This document shows, piece after piece, positions 1 through 10,440 of a stretch of 64,000 bases of DNA; the first letter of the stretch is position 1, and every line of letters starts with the position of its first letter. Source of the DNA: an uncultured Elusimicrobia bacterium (GTDB lineage Bacteria; Elusimicrobiota; Elusimicrobia; 2-01-FULL-59-12). Below the pieces are notes generated by a model. That model made no database searches and was not told the origin of the DNA. It saw only the letters and a program-made list of their open reading frames with translations. Made by a program: the position numbers and the translations under genes. The stretch covers positions 960,001-1,024,000 of the forward strand of contig OY969767.1 in the NCBI GenBank assembly GCA_963702895.1. The letters run 5' to 3'.

Positions 1-2051
1 AGATCGCGCGAAAAGAGCGAGTTGGCCGCGATGCACCGGAGATGCTTTTTCCAGAAGGTGTTCAGCACTTTCCAATGTTTGGAGGATGGAGAAAAGCGCG
101 AGGACCCGCCGAGGCGGACCAGTTCGTTCAAGTTCACGAAAATGTGAGTGAGGCCCTGTTCCCGAAGTCGATTGGTGAGGTCTTGCGCGTCAAGGGCCTC
201 ACGCGTCCATTGCTCGATGGGGCGTGGATCGAGGTAGGAATTGGCCATCACCAGGTGTTCGGTCGGATAGGTGCGCGCCTCATCAAGGAACAAGATCTTG
301 GAACCTTTCGGCAGATGGGCATTCATCCATAGGATCCCAGCGTAAGGTGGATACCCGTAGGAAAGGTGATTCGACGAGAGATAAGTGCTTTCAGACACGA
401 GCCCGAGGACAACCTTCCAACCCTCTTTGGCCATGAGCCTTTGAAACCCCAGGCCGATGTTGACCGCGATGCAGGTCGCGACAAGAAGCCGCGTGAGTAA
501 CATCCCTTTGCTCTTGTCTTGATGTACAAAACCCTCCGCGAGAAGCGGTGAAAGAAGGGCCAGGCCGGGAAGAAAGAACCGAAGCACGGAGCCTGTCGTC
601 AGCCAAACCACCCACAGGCCAAAAAACAAGAACTTGTAACAAGAGCCCGCGCGAGCGTTCCAGGGATGGCGGAAAAGCACGGGGAGGAGCATCAAGTAGA
701 GGGGTCCGATAAAGTTCGTGTTGCTGATCCCTTCCATCGTCAGAAGCCAAGGGTGGAACAAAAACCGGAGTGTCGTGCCAAGAGACTGAAAGGTCTTGGC
801 CCAATCCCTGGAACCCGCTTCTACGATAAACGTCTTCCAGAGGACAGGATCCAGAGCGGGGCTCCCCCAGCCCTGAACGGCACCGAAGGGATAAACGGGA
901 TTGCGATACCAGACCCATTGGCGCAAGAGCCATGGAAAAACCGCCAAGAGCGCGCCAGCCACAAAGACCGCGCACAGGGGAACGCCCTTCACGGTATCTT
1001 GCGGGTGTCGGCGTTCCTTCCAGACGATGAGGAGTGCTGCGACGATCGGAATGGGCAGCAGGGTGGGCTTGCAGCTGGCGGCGAGTCCAGAGAGGATCCC
1101 AGCGCAAAAGTACATCCCTGGACGCGGGAGGACGTCGAAGGCCAGGAGCAGCGCATACGCACTAGCAAAGACGTAAAAGGATGCCGCCACGTCCACGGAG
1201 GCAGAGGTCGTGCTCATCACGACGAAGGGCGCGCTGAAAAAAATCAGTCCCGAAAGGACACCAGAGCCTGCTGAGAGAAAACGCCTGCCAAACGATACAT
1301 AGGCGAGCGCGAGGAGCAGCCCCATCGCGCTGTGCAGGAGTTTGGCAGAAAGAGCATTTCCTAAAGTGATGGCCCAGCCGTAGGCGAGTTGCGGCATTTG
1401 GACAAAATTTGAGTGCATGAGGTTGGGCATGGGATAGACGCGCTGGGCGATACGGTAGAGGTTGGGGACCGCCAGGTGATAGTGCAGCGCGTCATAAAAG
1501 ATCTCGGGTGTGAGGCAGAAAAAAAAGATCATCAAAAACAAAACGAAAAGAGCAATCCCCCCCACCTTCTCCACGCGGTTTCGTGGATGCCATGAAATCA
1601 GCAGCGTGAAGCGCCTTGATGGGACGTCCTTCCAAAGAAACAGGCTCGTGAGGCCGATCCCCAGGACCCAAAAGACAGTGGATTTCCACAAATGAAGCGT
1701 CCCGAGCGCAAGGACGCCAAGGGATAGAACACCGATTCCCAATGCGGCAGAAAACACAACGCGCTCTTCCAGCAAAAGTTGGTCTGAAGCCGCCAGTCGG
1801 TTCAGCAGGATCTTTCCGATATGCAGACAAAGATAGCCCGTCCATAACGCGACCAACAGGCCTTTCCCGCATGTCCACAGGTAAGAAGTCCCCCATCCAA
1901 TGACAGGCAGGGACCATCGGATGGGGGTTACTTCGTTGACAAGAGGGAGGATCGTTTTGAGGTAGAGCAACAGGACGAGCGCCATCCAGAGGAAAAGCAG
2001 GGTCCCTGCAAACGGGCGGCGACGAGCCGGTTCGATCAGCGGTGGGTTCAC
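1..2051 (-). CDS. GT-C-fold (PMT/ArnT-like) multi-pass membrane glycosyltransferase, 3'-truncated by window edge
   Basis: Not in the ORF track because there is no stop in the window. Manual translation gives an open frame from GTG 2051 (or ATG 1985) to base 1. It is hydrophobic, with motifs TPEIFYDALHYHLAVP, PWLLRQWVWYRNPVYPF and LREQGLTHIFVN that match the paralog at 33653-35620 (PPIYYDSLVYHYALP, PWMLKNLHYVGNPVFPF, LRARGITHLLIN). Confidence 0.8.
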   Translation of the reverse strand, partial: MNPPLIEPARRRPFAGTLLFLWMALVLLLYLKTILPLVNEVTPIRWSLPVIGWGTSYLWTCGKGLLVALWTGYLCLHIGKILLNRLAASDQLLLEERVVFSAALGIGVLSLGVLALGTLHLWKSTVFWVLGIGLTSLFLWKDVPSRRFTLLISWHPRNRVEKVGGIALFVLFLMIFFFCLTPEIFYDALHYHLAVPNLYRIAQRVYPMPNLMHSNFVQMPQLAYGWAITLGNALSAKLLHSAMGLLLALAYVSFGRRFLSAGSGVLSGLIFFSAPFVVMSTTSASVDVAASFYVFASAYALLLAFDVLPRPGMYFCAGILSGLAASCKPTLLPIPIVAALLIVWKERRHPQDTVKGVPLCAVFVAGALLAVFPWLLRQWVWYRNPVYPFGAVQGWGSPALDPVLWKTFIVEAGSRDWAKTFQSLGTTLRFLFHPWLLTMEGISNTNFIGPLYLMLLPVLFRHPWNARAGSCYKFLFFGLWVVWLTTGSVLRFFLPGLALLSPLLAEGFVHQDKSKGMLLTRLLVATCIAVNIGLGFQRLMAKEGWKVVLGLVSESTYLSSNHLSYGYPPYAGILWMNAHLPKGSKILFLDEARTYPTEHLVMANSYLDPRPIEQWTREALDAQDLTNRLREQGLTHIFVNLNELVRLGGSSRFSPSSKHWKVLNTFWKKHLRCIAANSLFSRD

Positions 2052-2155
2052 GCGCTCACGTGGAACATTCGAGGAGATCTTGACCTTCTGAAATGCAACC
2101 CAGACCCTGCCGGGTGTGAAGAGGTCACATCCCGCGTCGACATAGACGGGAATCT

Positions 2156-4870
2156 TTACGTGAGATGGATCGTGGCCCGCAGCGATTTTTCATTGGGATT
2201 GCGCTTGATCTCGAAGCCCAGTCTTTCGCAGATGTGCTGCATCCCGGTGTTTTCCAGCAAGATGTCAGCTTTGATGGTCTTGATGTGTTCCTGCCGGGCC
2301 ATGTCCAGGAGCCTCTGGACCAACTGGGTCCCCAACCCTTTATGGTGGACGGCATCACTCACCAGAACGGAGAGCTCGGCTTCTGTTTTGTCAAAGACCA
2401 CTTCCAGCCTGCCGACGGCCAAAATCTGGGGTGTGGCACTCTCTTCTTTCGTTTCGGCGACCAGGCAAAGCGTGCGGTCGTAGTCACTGAAACAGACGCG
2501 AATGAGCCGCTGGTGCGCGATGCGCTCACTGAGGCTGATGCGCTGGAGGTAGCGCTTGTACACGCTGTCTTCCGAGAGGGTCTCGTGGAACTTCGCGATC
2601 AGCGGCTCGTCCTCCGGACGAATCGGACGAAACGTGAGGGGCGTCCCATCCGGGAGCTTCCAGTCGGATTGGTAGTGGGCCGGGTAAGGGCGTATGACGG
2701 GGCGTGGTAAGGCTTGGTCCGGGACAGAGGCGGGATGCAGGATCACGCGGGCATCCAGGGCGATGATGGTGTTGGGTGAGACCCTCAAGGGGTTGATATC
2801 AATTTCTTTAATACGCGGCTGCTCCGCCACGAGTTGGCTGAAGCGAACCAGGATTGATTCGAGCTGCGCCATGTCGATCGGTTTGCGTCCCCGGACCCCT
2901 CCCAACGCTTTATAGATGCGCGTCTGCTCCATCAGACGCCGCGCGAGGGTGGTGGTCAGCGGCGGAAGCCCGAGCGCCTTATCTTCATAGACCTCGACGA
3001 GTTGACCGCCAGAGCCGAAGAGCAGCACCGGCCCAAACTGAGGGTCGAGACTCGATCCGAGGATGAGCTCATAGCCTTCGGGAGAGATCATGGCCTGGAC
3101 GGTGGCTCCCGAGAAACCTTTGATCGTGGACAGGTGCTGGAAAGCCTCTTGAACCTGCTGGCTGGTTTTGAGATCAAGGAAGACCCCACCCACATCGGTT
3201 TTATGAGTGACCGTTTCGGAGAGGAGCTTCAGCACAACCGGGTAGCCGATCTTATCGGCGAAAGCGACAGCTTCTTCTGCCGTCTTGGCTGAAAAAGTCG
3301 GAACGGTGGGAATACCGTAGCTCGCCAAGAGTTGTTTGGACTCAAGTTCCGTTAAAAGCACCCTTCCGCTCTCCAGGCAAGTGGAGAGGATCTTACGTGC
3401 GGCTTGCGCGTCTTTGATGTCGCTGGCGGAGCGCTTGGGAAGGAGGGGTGTCTCATAGAGCGTATTCAGATTGCGCGTGTATTGCCACATGTAATTGAAG
3501 GCTTTGGCCGCGGCGTCCGGGTAAGGGAAGGTTGGGATGCCCGCTGCAGAAAGGAGCTCGTCGCCTTTGGTGACATTCTTTTTCCCCATCCAGCTGGCGA
3601 GGAGCGGCCTGTCGGATGATTGGGCATAAGACTGAAGTCGTTCGGCCGTCCCGAGCGGGTCCGTCATCGCTTGGGGGGTCAAAATGATCAAGAGACCGTC
3701 GCTCTGCGGGTCTTGGGTCACGGTTTCGAGGGTCTTGGCGTAGCGCTCGGGGTCCGCATCCCCCAGAATATCGATCGGGTTGTTGTGGCTCCAAGCCGCG
3801 GGGAGGAACGTGTTGAGTTCCGTGATCGTTTCCTGGGACAAAGGTGCCAAAGTGCCCCCCAATTGGACCAACGTATCGGTCGCCAGCACCCCCGGCCCGC
3901 CAGCGTTGGTGACGATGCTCAGACGCGGGCCGCGTGGCGGGGGTTGCTTCGCCAACACTTCCGCCATATTGAAAAGATCGTCGATCCGGGTGACACGAAG
4001 CACGCCGCAGCGCCGAAACGCTGCGTCTAAGACCTCGTCACTGCCGGTGAGCGCTCCCGTATGGGAGGCGGCGGCGCTCGCGGCCGAGGCCGTACGCCCA
4101 GCCTTGATCACAATAATCGGTTTGCTCAGCGCCACTTCACGCGCAGCGGAGAGAAAGGACCGGGCCTCACCAATGGATTCCATGTAGATCAGGATGCTTT
4201 TCGTTTGCGGGTCATCCCCAAGGTAATCGATCAAATCACCCCAGCCGACATCGAGCATCGACCCAACGGACATGAAGGCGCTAAAGCCCACGTGCTCCTC
4301 AAGGCTCCAATCCAGGATGGCGGTCATGAGCGCGCCACTTTGACTGATGAACCCCACGGTCCCCGAATTCGCGATTCCCGCAGCAAACGTCGCGTTAAAC
4401 CCCCAAGGAGGGCGCATCACCCCGAGGCAATTGGGTCCAATAATACGCATCGCACCTTTGGCTTCCAGAATTTCTTTTTCCAGAGCGAGTCCCGCTGCGC
4501 CGGTCTCTTTGAAACCGGCCGAGATAATAATCGCGCCTTTCACGCCCGCTTTGGCGCAATCGCGAATAATGCCGGGAACGGTCGGAGCCGGCGTCACCAC
4601 AACGGCCAAATCGATGGGACCTGGAAGATCGGAGATGCTGGGATAGGCTTTGATGCCCAGAATGCTCGGACGCTTGGGATTGACGGGGTAAACGGTTCCC
4701 CCAAAGGGTTGGCGGATGAGGTTCTCGACCAAAACCCGTCCCACGCTACGCGGGGTCTCGGTTGCCCCAATCACGGCGACACTGGCGGGATGGAAAAAGA
4801 CGTCCAGCGGTGCGTGGCGGCTTCTTAGGATCTCGTGGGTGACACTTTGTTTAAGAGGAGAATTCATCAT
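2156..4870 (-). CDS. NDP-forming acyl-CoA ligase family protein fused to C-terminal GNAT domain (Pat/Pka-like protein acetyltransferase)
   Basis: 904 aa. CoA-binding N-terminus (SVAVIGA, GPNCLG), [12 protein letters not shown] with His retained, ATP-grasp ([22 protein letters not shown]), C-terminal GNAT ([17 protein letters not shown]). Confidence 0.92.
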   Translation of the reverse strand: MMNSPLKQSVTHEILRSRHAPLDVFFHPASVAVIGATETPRSVGRVLVENLIRQPFGGTVYPVNPKRPSILGIKAYPSISDLPGPIDLAVVVTPAPTVPGIIRDCAKAGVKGAIIISAGFKETGAAGLALEKEILEAKGAMRIIGPNCLGVMRPPWGFNATFAAGIANSGTVGFISQSGALMTAILDWSLEEHVGFSAFMSVGSMLDVGWGDLIDYLGDDPQTKSILIYMESIGEARSFLSAAREVALSKPIIVIKAGRTASAASAAASHTGALTGSDEVLDAAFRRCGVLRVTRIDDLFNMAEVLAKQPPPRGPRLSIVTNAGGPGVLATDTLVQLGGTLAPLSQETITELNTFLPAAWSHNNPIDILGDADPERYAKTLETVTQDPQSDGLLIILTPQAMTDPLGTAERLQSYAQSSDRPLLASWMGKKNVTKGDELLSAAGIPTFPYPDAAAKAFNYMWQYTRNLNTLYETPLLPKRSASDIKDAQAARKILSTCLESGRVLLTELESKQLLASYGIPTVPTFSAKTAEEAVAFADKIGYPVVLKLLSETVTHKTDVGGVFLDLKTSQQVQEAFQHLSTIKGFSGATVQAMISPEGYELILGSSLDPQFGPVLLFGSGGQLVEVYEDKALGLPPLTTTLARRLMEQTRIYKALGGVRGRKPIDMAQLESILVRFSQLVAEQPRIKEIDINPLRVSPNTIIALDARVILHPASVPDQALPRPVIRPYPAHYQSDWKLPDGTPLTFRPIRPEDEPLIAKFHETLSEDSVYKRYLQRISLSERIAHQRLIRVCFSDYDRTLCLVAETKEESATPQILAVGRLEVVFDKTEAELSVLVSDAVHHKGLGTQLVQRLLDMARQEHIKTIKADILLENTGMQHICERLGFEIKRNPNEKSLRATIHLT

Positions 4871-4900
4871 CCAGCGACATTTTAGCTGAAAAAATTGTGC

Positions 4901-5284
4901 TTAGGAGAGAAAAACGAGAATGCTGCCGCACCAGGTCAAAAATGAGAGGACCATGAGCCAGACGTTCAGTTTGGCAAGACGACGTCCACGACCGACGGCA
5001 TAACGGTGTTTCAGCCGGACAGCGCTCAGGAAGGTGTAGATGAGCAGAAGCAGACAAATCACCAAGACGATCGCGGGCGCCGCTTCGGACGCATAGTCAT
5101 CGCGATCGATCATCATGTTGTAGAGTGTCACGAGGAGCCCGACATTCAGCAGCACTTGGACCCCGATGGGCCATACCGGCCGCGGGCGCAGATGTTTCGG
5201 GAGCAGGTTCTCCTTCGCCCTGCGCCTTTTCTCCAGGAGCTTCGGGAGGGTCGGGAAATAGTCTCGGAGTTTGCCTTTGTTCAT
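4901..5284 (-). CDS. hypothetical membrane protein (about 3 TM helices)
   Basis: ORF 4901-5341; ATG 5284 preferred because it avoids overlap with the upstream gene. Three hydrophobic stretches, co-oriented with neighbours. Confidence 0.6.
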   Translation of the reverse strand: MNKGKLRDYFPTLPKLLEKRRRAKENLLPKHLRPRPVWPIGVQVLLNVGLLVTLYNMMIDRDDYASEAAPAIVLVICLLLLIYTFLSAVRLKHRYAVGRGRRLAKLNVWLMVLSFLTWCGSILVFLS

Positions 5285-5294
5285 GCGTTTTCCG

Positions 5295-6041
5295 TCAAGC
5301 GGCGGTCCCCTCTTCGGTCGTGGGGGGTCTGTGCGTGTCAAAATAGAACACCAGTCCTAAGAGGATGTCCGTGTAATAAGCTTTTTTCTCAATCGCGTTG
5401 ATGGGGACATCGTGGAAGTACAGATTTTTCGCTTCACACTCCGACGCGATCGTTTTCTTTTTGGAATCATCCATGGCTCGATCGACAATGACAAAGAGGG
5501 TCTGACAGGCGTGTTCTGTGGCCTTGGCGAGGAGCGCGTCCTTCCACTCGCTCTTGGGATCATAGGGAAGGCAAACGATGACGCGAAGACAAAAGGCCAC
5601 CTTCGTAAACTTGGGGGTCATCATCTCGAGCTTGGTGGCCAAAGATTTTGCTTCCGCGTCTTTGCCTTGCGGGAAGAAGAGGGCGGTTGGAACAATCAGT
5701 TTCTCCGCGTCTTGCGGAGGAACGATCGACTGATAGATGCCGATGGTCGCCGACGTGACCCCAGAGGAAGCTCCCGGCGGTTCAAAAGGGATTTCCGATG
5801 GTGCCGATGAGGGCGAGGACGCGGGCGGTGTCTCCAAGGGGCCCGTGGACACAGGCGCGGGACCAGGCATGTTGTGGGAAGCGGGTTGGCCCGCGTCCCT
5901 GGGTTTTCCGGCGGGCTCGCCGGAGGGGATATCTAACTTTTGTTTGGATTCCTCTTCTTCCGAACGGGAGAGTTTCCCGAAGATCCCCTGGAGTTTGGAG
6001 AGGAGTTCGTCGATGTGTTCGTCTTTTTGTGGGTCAGTCAT
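5295..6041 (-). CDS. hypothetical protein (N-terminal helix, Pro/Ser-rich linker, C-terminal alpha/beta domain)
   Basis: 248-aa ORF 26 nt downstream of pilT with protein-like composition. Confidence 0.7.
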   Translation of the reverse strand: MTDPQKDEHIDELLSKLQGIFGKLSRSEEEESKQKLDIPSGEPAGKPRDAGQPASHNMPGPAPVSTGPLETPPASSPSSAPSEIPFEPPGASSGVTSATIGIYQSIVPPQDAEKLIVPTALFFPQGKDAEAKSLATKLEMMTPKFTKVAFCLRVIVCLPYDPKSEWKDALLAKATEHACQTLFVIVDRAMDDSKKKTIASECEAKNLYFHDVPINAIEKKAYYTDILLGLVFYFDTHRPPTTEEGTAA

Positions 6042-6067
6042 CTCTTTACCGTTCTCACACCATCAGC

Positions 6068-7141
6068 CTAGGGCTTGACCGAGATCCCCTGCAGCATGGA
6101 CAAAAAGTTTTCCGGCCGCGAGGTTTCGACGAGCGCCATGTCCCGTGTAATCTTGCCTTCCTTGCAAAGTCTCAATAAATCCTGATCAAAGGTCTGCATG
6201 CCATCGTTGAGTCCTCGGGCCATGGCGGTGTGGACTTCCGCCAGTTTATTTTCGGCCACCAGCTGTCGAAGATAGGGGCTCATCAGCATCACTTCCATAC
6301 AAGGGAGACGCCCTTTGCCGTCCGAGGTCGTCAGCAACTTCTGAGCGATGACGCCTCGCAGAATGTTGGCCACGGCCTGACGCATGGGACCTCGTTGGTC
6401 CGCGGCGTAGCTGTCGACGATGCGCTGGATGGTGTGGACGGCATCCATGGTATGGATCGTGGAGAGCACCAAATGCCCTGTTTCCGCGGCGACAACCGCC
6501 GCGGCAATGGCCTCCGGGTCACGCATTTCGCCAATCACGATCACGTCCGGATCCTGCCTGAGGATGTACTTGAGAGCGCTCACAAAGGACTTGGTGTCGC
6601 TGCCGACTTCACGCTGCGAAATGGACGACTTGAGGTCCTTGTGGTAAAACTCGATCGGGTCCTCAATCGTGATGATATTGTAGGGCATCGTCTGATTGAT
6701 GTGGTTGATCATGGCATTCAAGGTCGTGGTTTTGCCGGCGCCTGTCACCCCGGCGATCAGAACCAGGCCCGAAGGCATCGCACAGAGCTTTTTCAAAGTG
6801 GTGGTTGGTAGGTTGAGCGCCTCAAAGGTCTTGAGTTCGAGCGGAATAACACGCAAGGACAAGGCATGGGTGCCTTTTTGCCTATAAATATTGACGCGAA
6901 ACCGGCTGACTTTGTCCAAAGCATAGGACAAATCGAGCTCCCCTTCCTCTTCAAAACGTTTCCGATGCGCTTCGGACATCAGGCTATAGGCAATCTGCTT
7001 GACCGATTCTGGTGAAAAAATCTGTTTTTCTGTGGAGAGCAGCGTGCCGTGTAGGCGGATCAGCGGCGCGCAATCCGCTTTGAAATGGATGTCTGAAATA
7101 TTCTTCTGGACCATGAACTGCAGCAGCTCGCGAATGTCCAT
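6068..7141 (-). CDS. pilT: PilT/PilU family type IV pilus retraction ATPase
   Basis: SDIHF, RFRVNIYRQKG, Walker A GVTGAGKTTT, TIEDPIE, RQDPDVIVIGEMRD, ETGHLVLSTIHT, GMQTFDQ. GGAGG RBS precedes ATG 7141. Confidence 0.9.
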   Translation of the reverse strand: MDIRELLQFMVQKNISDIHFKADCAPLIRLHGTLLSTEKQIFSPESVKQIAYSLMSEAHRKRFEEEGELDLSYALDKVSRFRVNIYRQKGTHALSLRVIPLELKTFEALNLPTTTLKKLCAMPSGLVLIAGVTGAGKTTTLNAMINHINQTMPYNIITIEDPIEFYHKDLKSSISQREVGSDTKSFVSALKYILRQDPDVIVIGEMRDPEAIAAAVVAAETGHLVLSTIHTMDAVHTIQRIVDSYAADQRGPMRQAVANILRGVIAQKLLTTSDGKGRLPCMEVMLMSPYLRQLVAENKLAEVHTAMARGLNDGMQTFDQDLLRLCKEGKITRDMALVETSRPENFLSMLQGISVKP

Positions 7142-7165
7142 TGCGTCCTCCATCCCAGTAGGCGA

Positions 7166-7194
7166 GCTCCGGGAGCCTTTCCCGGAGCGTTTTT
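7166..7194 (+). terminator. perfect 9-bp hairpin with T-tract in the pilT/mqnP divergent region
   Basis: GCTCCGGGA-gcctt-TCCCGGAGC followed by GTTTTT. It could equally be a 5'-UTR hairpin of pilT. Confidence 0.4.
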
Positions 7195-7260
7195 CTGTCG
7201 CTCAAGTATGCCTATTATGTACGCGCAATCAAGCATTTTTTTACATGGTATCATACGGCC

Positions 7261-8112
7261 ATGTTGGACCGTTTTTTGACCTATGGCCGCTTTGTCAAGA
7301 TGGAGCATACCCTCTTTAGTCTTCCCCTCTTGTTTAGCGGGGCTGTCCTCGCCGGCGGTGGGCTTCCCTCGGCGCGCCTGAGCGCCCTCATCATCTTGGC
7401 CGGCTTTGGCGCCCAAACAACCGCCTTTGCTCTGAATCGAATCATGGACCGACACCTGGATCGCTTGAACCCGAGGACTTCCGGGCGTGAATTGCCGGCT
7501 GGCAAGATGTCCTTATGGGAAGCTTGGAGTATCGGTCTTCTAGGTGTTGGAGTTTATCTTCTTGCGGCATGGGCGATAGCGCCAATTTGCTTGTATTTTA
7601 GCCCTGTTCCGCTTGTGATATTCGCCATTTACCCCTACCTTAAGCGCTTCACGCCGTGGGCTCATTTGGGGGTCGGACTGGCCGACGCGCTCGCTCCCCT
7701 TGGCGGGTGGCTGGCTGTGCAGCAATCCCTGCAGGATGTCGGACCGGCCCTATGGCTGGGGGCTTTCACCTTTTTCTGGGTCAGTGGTTTTGATGTCATT
7801 TACGCTACAATGGACGAAGCCTTTGACCGCGGCAAAGGTCTCTATTCCCTCCCGGCGTACTATGGGAAAGAGAAGGCGCTGCTGATTTCGGGGATACTCC
7901 ATATGCTTGCCTTTGGTGCTCTTGCCGTTCTGTACACGCAAGCGCTCCGTGGTTCGTGGGCAGGGGCGCTGACCCTCTCCGCGCTGGGCGGGCTTCTCTA
8001 CCTTGAGCATCGATTGGCCCAGGATGTGGAGTTCGCCTTCTTTAAAATCAACGCGGTCCTGGGCTTTGGCGTGCTGGGGCTGGTCGCACTCGGCCAAGGA
8101 GGAATCTCGTGA
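7261..8112 (+). CDS. mqnP: UbiA-family polyprenyltransferase of futalosine pathway
   Basis: FVKMEHTLFSLP, NRIMDRHLDRLNPRT.GRELPAG, YPYLKRFT, GFDVIYA; first gene of the mqn operon. Confidence 0.88.
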   Translation: MLDRFLTYGRFVKMEHTLFSLPLLFSGAVLAGGGLPSARLSALIILAGFGAQTTAFALNRIMDRHLDRLNPRTSGRELPAGKMSLWEAWSIGLLGVGVYLLAAWAIAPICLYFSPVPLVIFAIYPYLKRFTPWAHLGVGLADALAPLGGWLAVQQSLQDVGPALWLGAFTFFWVSGFDVIYATMDEAFDRGKGLYSLPAYYGKEKALLISGILHMLAFGALAVLYTQALRGSWAGALTLSALGGLLYLEHRLAQDVEFAFFKINAVLGFGVLGLVALGQGGIS

Positions 8113-8663
8113 GAATTGTGTTAGGAATTTCAGGCGCTTCAGGCGCCGGTTATGCCGTCGAGTTTCTGAAGCGCTGTCCTGCGGATGAAAAATATGTGGT
8201 GCTCTCACGCTGGGGGCGCAGCATCTTGAAGAGCGAAACAGGTGTTTCACCGGCGGACCTTGCCCCTTTTGCCAAAAAGGTCTACTCCACAGACGACATG
8301 TCAGCGGCACTGTCCTCAGGTTCTAATGCCTTTGACGCGATGGTGGTCCTCCCATGCAGCGTGGCAACCTTGGGTAAAATCGCCAACGGCATTTCGGACA
8401 CGCTCCTCACCCGGACTGCCGAAGTGGCGATGAAGGAGCGCCGCCGCCTGATCCTTTGCGTCAGAGAAACACCGCTTTCCACGGTGGCGCTTGAAAACGC
8501 TTATAAGCTCTCACAGGCTGGCGTGATCATCATGCCGGTTTCTCCCCCCTTCTACATGGCGCCGAAGAGCCTTGAAGATCTCCAAACTTTTTTTGCACAG
8601 AAAGTGATTGGCTTACTGGGTCTGCCCGTACCGGCCGGCTGGCATTCCGAAGAACTCGAGTAA
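8109..8663 (+). CDS. ubiX: UbiX-family flavin prenyltransferase (MqnM)
   Basis: GISGASG, SSGS, PCS..TLGKIANG, KERRRLILCVRETPL, PPFY; GTGA overlap with mqnP. Confidence 0.93.
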   Translation: MRIVLGISGASGAGYAVEFLKRCPADEKYVVLSRWGRSILKSETGVSPADLAPFAKKVYSTDDMSAALSSGSNAFDAMVVLPCSVATLGKIANGISDTLLTRTAEVAMKERRRLILCVRETPLSTVALENAYKLSQAGVIIMPVSPPFYMAPKSLEDLQTFFAQKVIGLLGLPVPAGWHSEELE

Positions 8664-8667
8664 ATCC

Positions 8668-10440
8668 TTGGCCTACCGCGACCTCCCAGCCTACCTTAAG
8701 GCGCTTGAGCGTGCCGGAGAACTCAAGCGCGTCCCTGTGGAAGTCGACCCCGAGCTCGAAATCACCGAAATCGCCACGCGTGTCGTCAAGAACGAGGGGG
8801 CAGCGCTTTTGTTTGAAAAGGTCAAAGGCTCTCCCTTTCCACTGGCCATCAACATTTTCGGGAGCGCGCGCCGCATCGAGCTCGCGCTGGGCCGCTCCCC
8901 CGCGGATCTCGGTGCGGACCTCTTGCGCCTGGCGCAGTCGCTCCAGCCGCCAAGTTTGCGCGGGTTCTGGAAAGCTCGCCGCGCGATATGGCGACTCAAG
9001 GCGATGCGCACGACACGCGCTTGGCGCGTTCCAGCCCACCAGGTGGTGCAAGATCCTGATTTAGCTCAACTCCCCATTCTCAAATGCTGGCCAAAGGATG
9101 GGGGACGTTTTATCACGTTTGGTTTGACCCTCACCCAGCATCCTCTCACCCAGGTCCGCAACGTCGGGCTTTATCGCCTGCAGATCCACAGTCCTTCGAG
9201 CACGGGCATGCATTGGCAAATCCAGCGTGGCGGAGCGTTCCATTTTGCCGAGGCTGAAAAAAGGGGCCAGACCCTTCCCGTCGCGGTCCTCTTAGGCGTG
9301 GATCCCTACCTTCTCTTGGCCGCTGTGGCACCTTTGCCAGAGGGATTTGATGAGATTTCTTTTAGCGGTTTTCTGCGTGGCGGCCCTACGGCCATGGCCC
9401 GAGGGCGAAGTGTGCCGCTGCCTGTTCCAGCGCATTCCGAATTCATCCTGGAAGGCGAAGTCGCACCTCACGACCTCCTGCTCGAAGGCCCTTTTGGGGA
9501 CCACTTCGGTCATTATTCTCATCCGGCACCGTTCCCCGTTTTTCGCATTCGCAAAATGACGCGCAAAAAAAATCCAATTTGCCTCGCCTCGGTCGTTGGA
9601 AAACCGCCTCAGGAGGACCGCTATATCGGCGATGCCATGCAAGAAGTGTTAGGGCCGCTCATCCGATTCATCCGACCGGAGGTCCAGGACCTCTGGGCCT
9701 ACTACGAAGCCGGTTTTCATAATCTGCTCGTGGTCTCGGTTCGCCAGCGTTACGTCAAAGAAGCGATCAAAACGGCGCTGGGCATTCTGGGTGAAGGGCA
9801 ACTCTCGCTAACGAAGTGTGTGGTCATGGTCGACCCTCAGGTGAATGTCCGGGACATCCACGCGGTCCTCCAGGCGATTCGCAGCCATTTTGATCCGAGT
9901 GAAGATTTCCTGATGCTCCCCGGCACGGCGCAGGACACGCTCGACTTCACGAGCTTCACGATGAATCTGGGCAGCAAGATGATCATCGATGCCACACGCA
10001 AGCCCAAGTCCCGTCCCACCAGAAAATTCCAAATCACAGAGCGAAGCCTTCATACCCTTAAAGAAAAGGACCCCCGCATCACGGGCTGGCGACTCTGGGG
10101 CGATGACGCGATGCTGGTCGTCCAAGTGAAGTCGGAAGGGCGTAAGGTCTTGGAGGGGCTGCTCCAGGAGACGGCCCTCGAAGGCGTTAAGATCGTCGCG
10201 GTTGTCAGCATGGATGTGGATCTGGAAGACAATGTCTGCACCTTGTGGGGGATCTTTACGCGGTTCGACTGCGCGCGCGACGTGCTGTTTTCGGGGACCC
10301 ACCCGTCCGGCGCCGTTCTCCGTTATACAGGGAGCCTTGGGATTGATGCGACTTGGAAAAATGGCTATCCCGAAGCCCTGGAAATGCCGGAAGAAATTCG
10401 TGAACGAGTGAGCGCCCGTTGGAAGTCTTACGGTTTATGA
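8668..10440 (+). CDS. ubiD: UbiD-family prFMN-dependent decarboxylase (MqnL)
   Basis: WPKDGGRFIT, RNVGLYR, EGPFGDHFGHY, GKPPQED, DTLDF. TTG 8668 just after the ubiX stop is preferred over 8608. Confidence 0.92.
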   Translation: MAYRDLPAYLKALERAGELKRVPVEVDPELEITEIATRVVKNEGAALLFEKVKGSPFPLAINIFGSARRIELALGRSPADLGADLLRLAQSLQPPSLRGFWKARRAIWRLKAMRTTRAWRVPAHQVVQDPDLAQLPILKCWPKDGGRFITFGLTLTQHPLTQVRNVGLYRLQIHSPSSTGMHWQIQRGGAFHFAEAEKRGQTLPVAVLLGVDPYLLLAAVAPLPEGFDEISFSGFLRGGPTAMARGRSVPLPVPAHSEFILEGEVAPHDLLLEGPFGDHFGHYSHPAPFPVFRIRKMTRKKNPICLASVVGKPPQEDRYIGDAMQEVLGPLIRFIRPEVQDLWAYYEAGFHNLLVVSVRQRYVKEAIKTALGILGEGQLSLTKCVVMVDPQVNVRDIHAVLQAIRSHFDPSEDFLMLPGTAQDTLDFTSFTMNLGSKMIIDATRKPKSRPTRKFQITERSLHTLKEKDPRITGWRLWGDDAMLVVQVKSEGRKVLEGLLQETALEGVKIVAVVSMDVDLEDNVCTLWGIFTRFDCARDVLFSGTHPSGAVLRYTGSLGIDATWKNGYPEALEMPEEIRERVSARWKSYGL

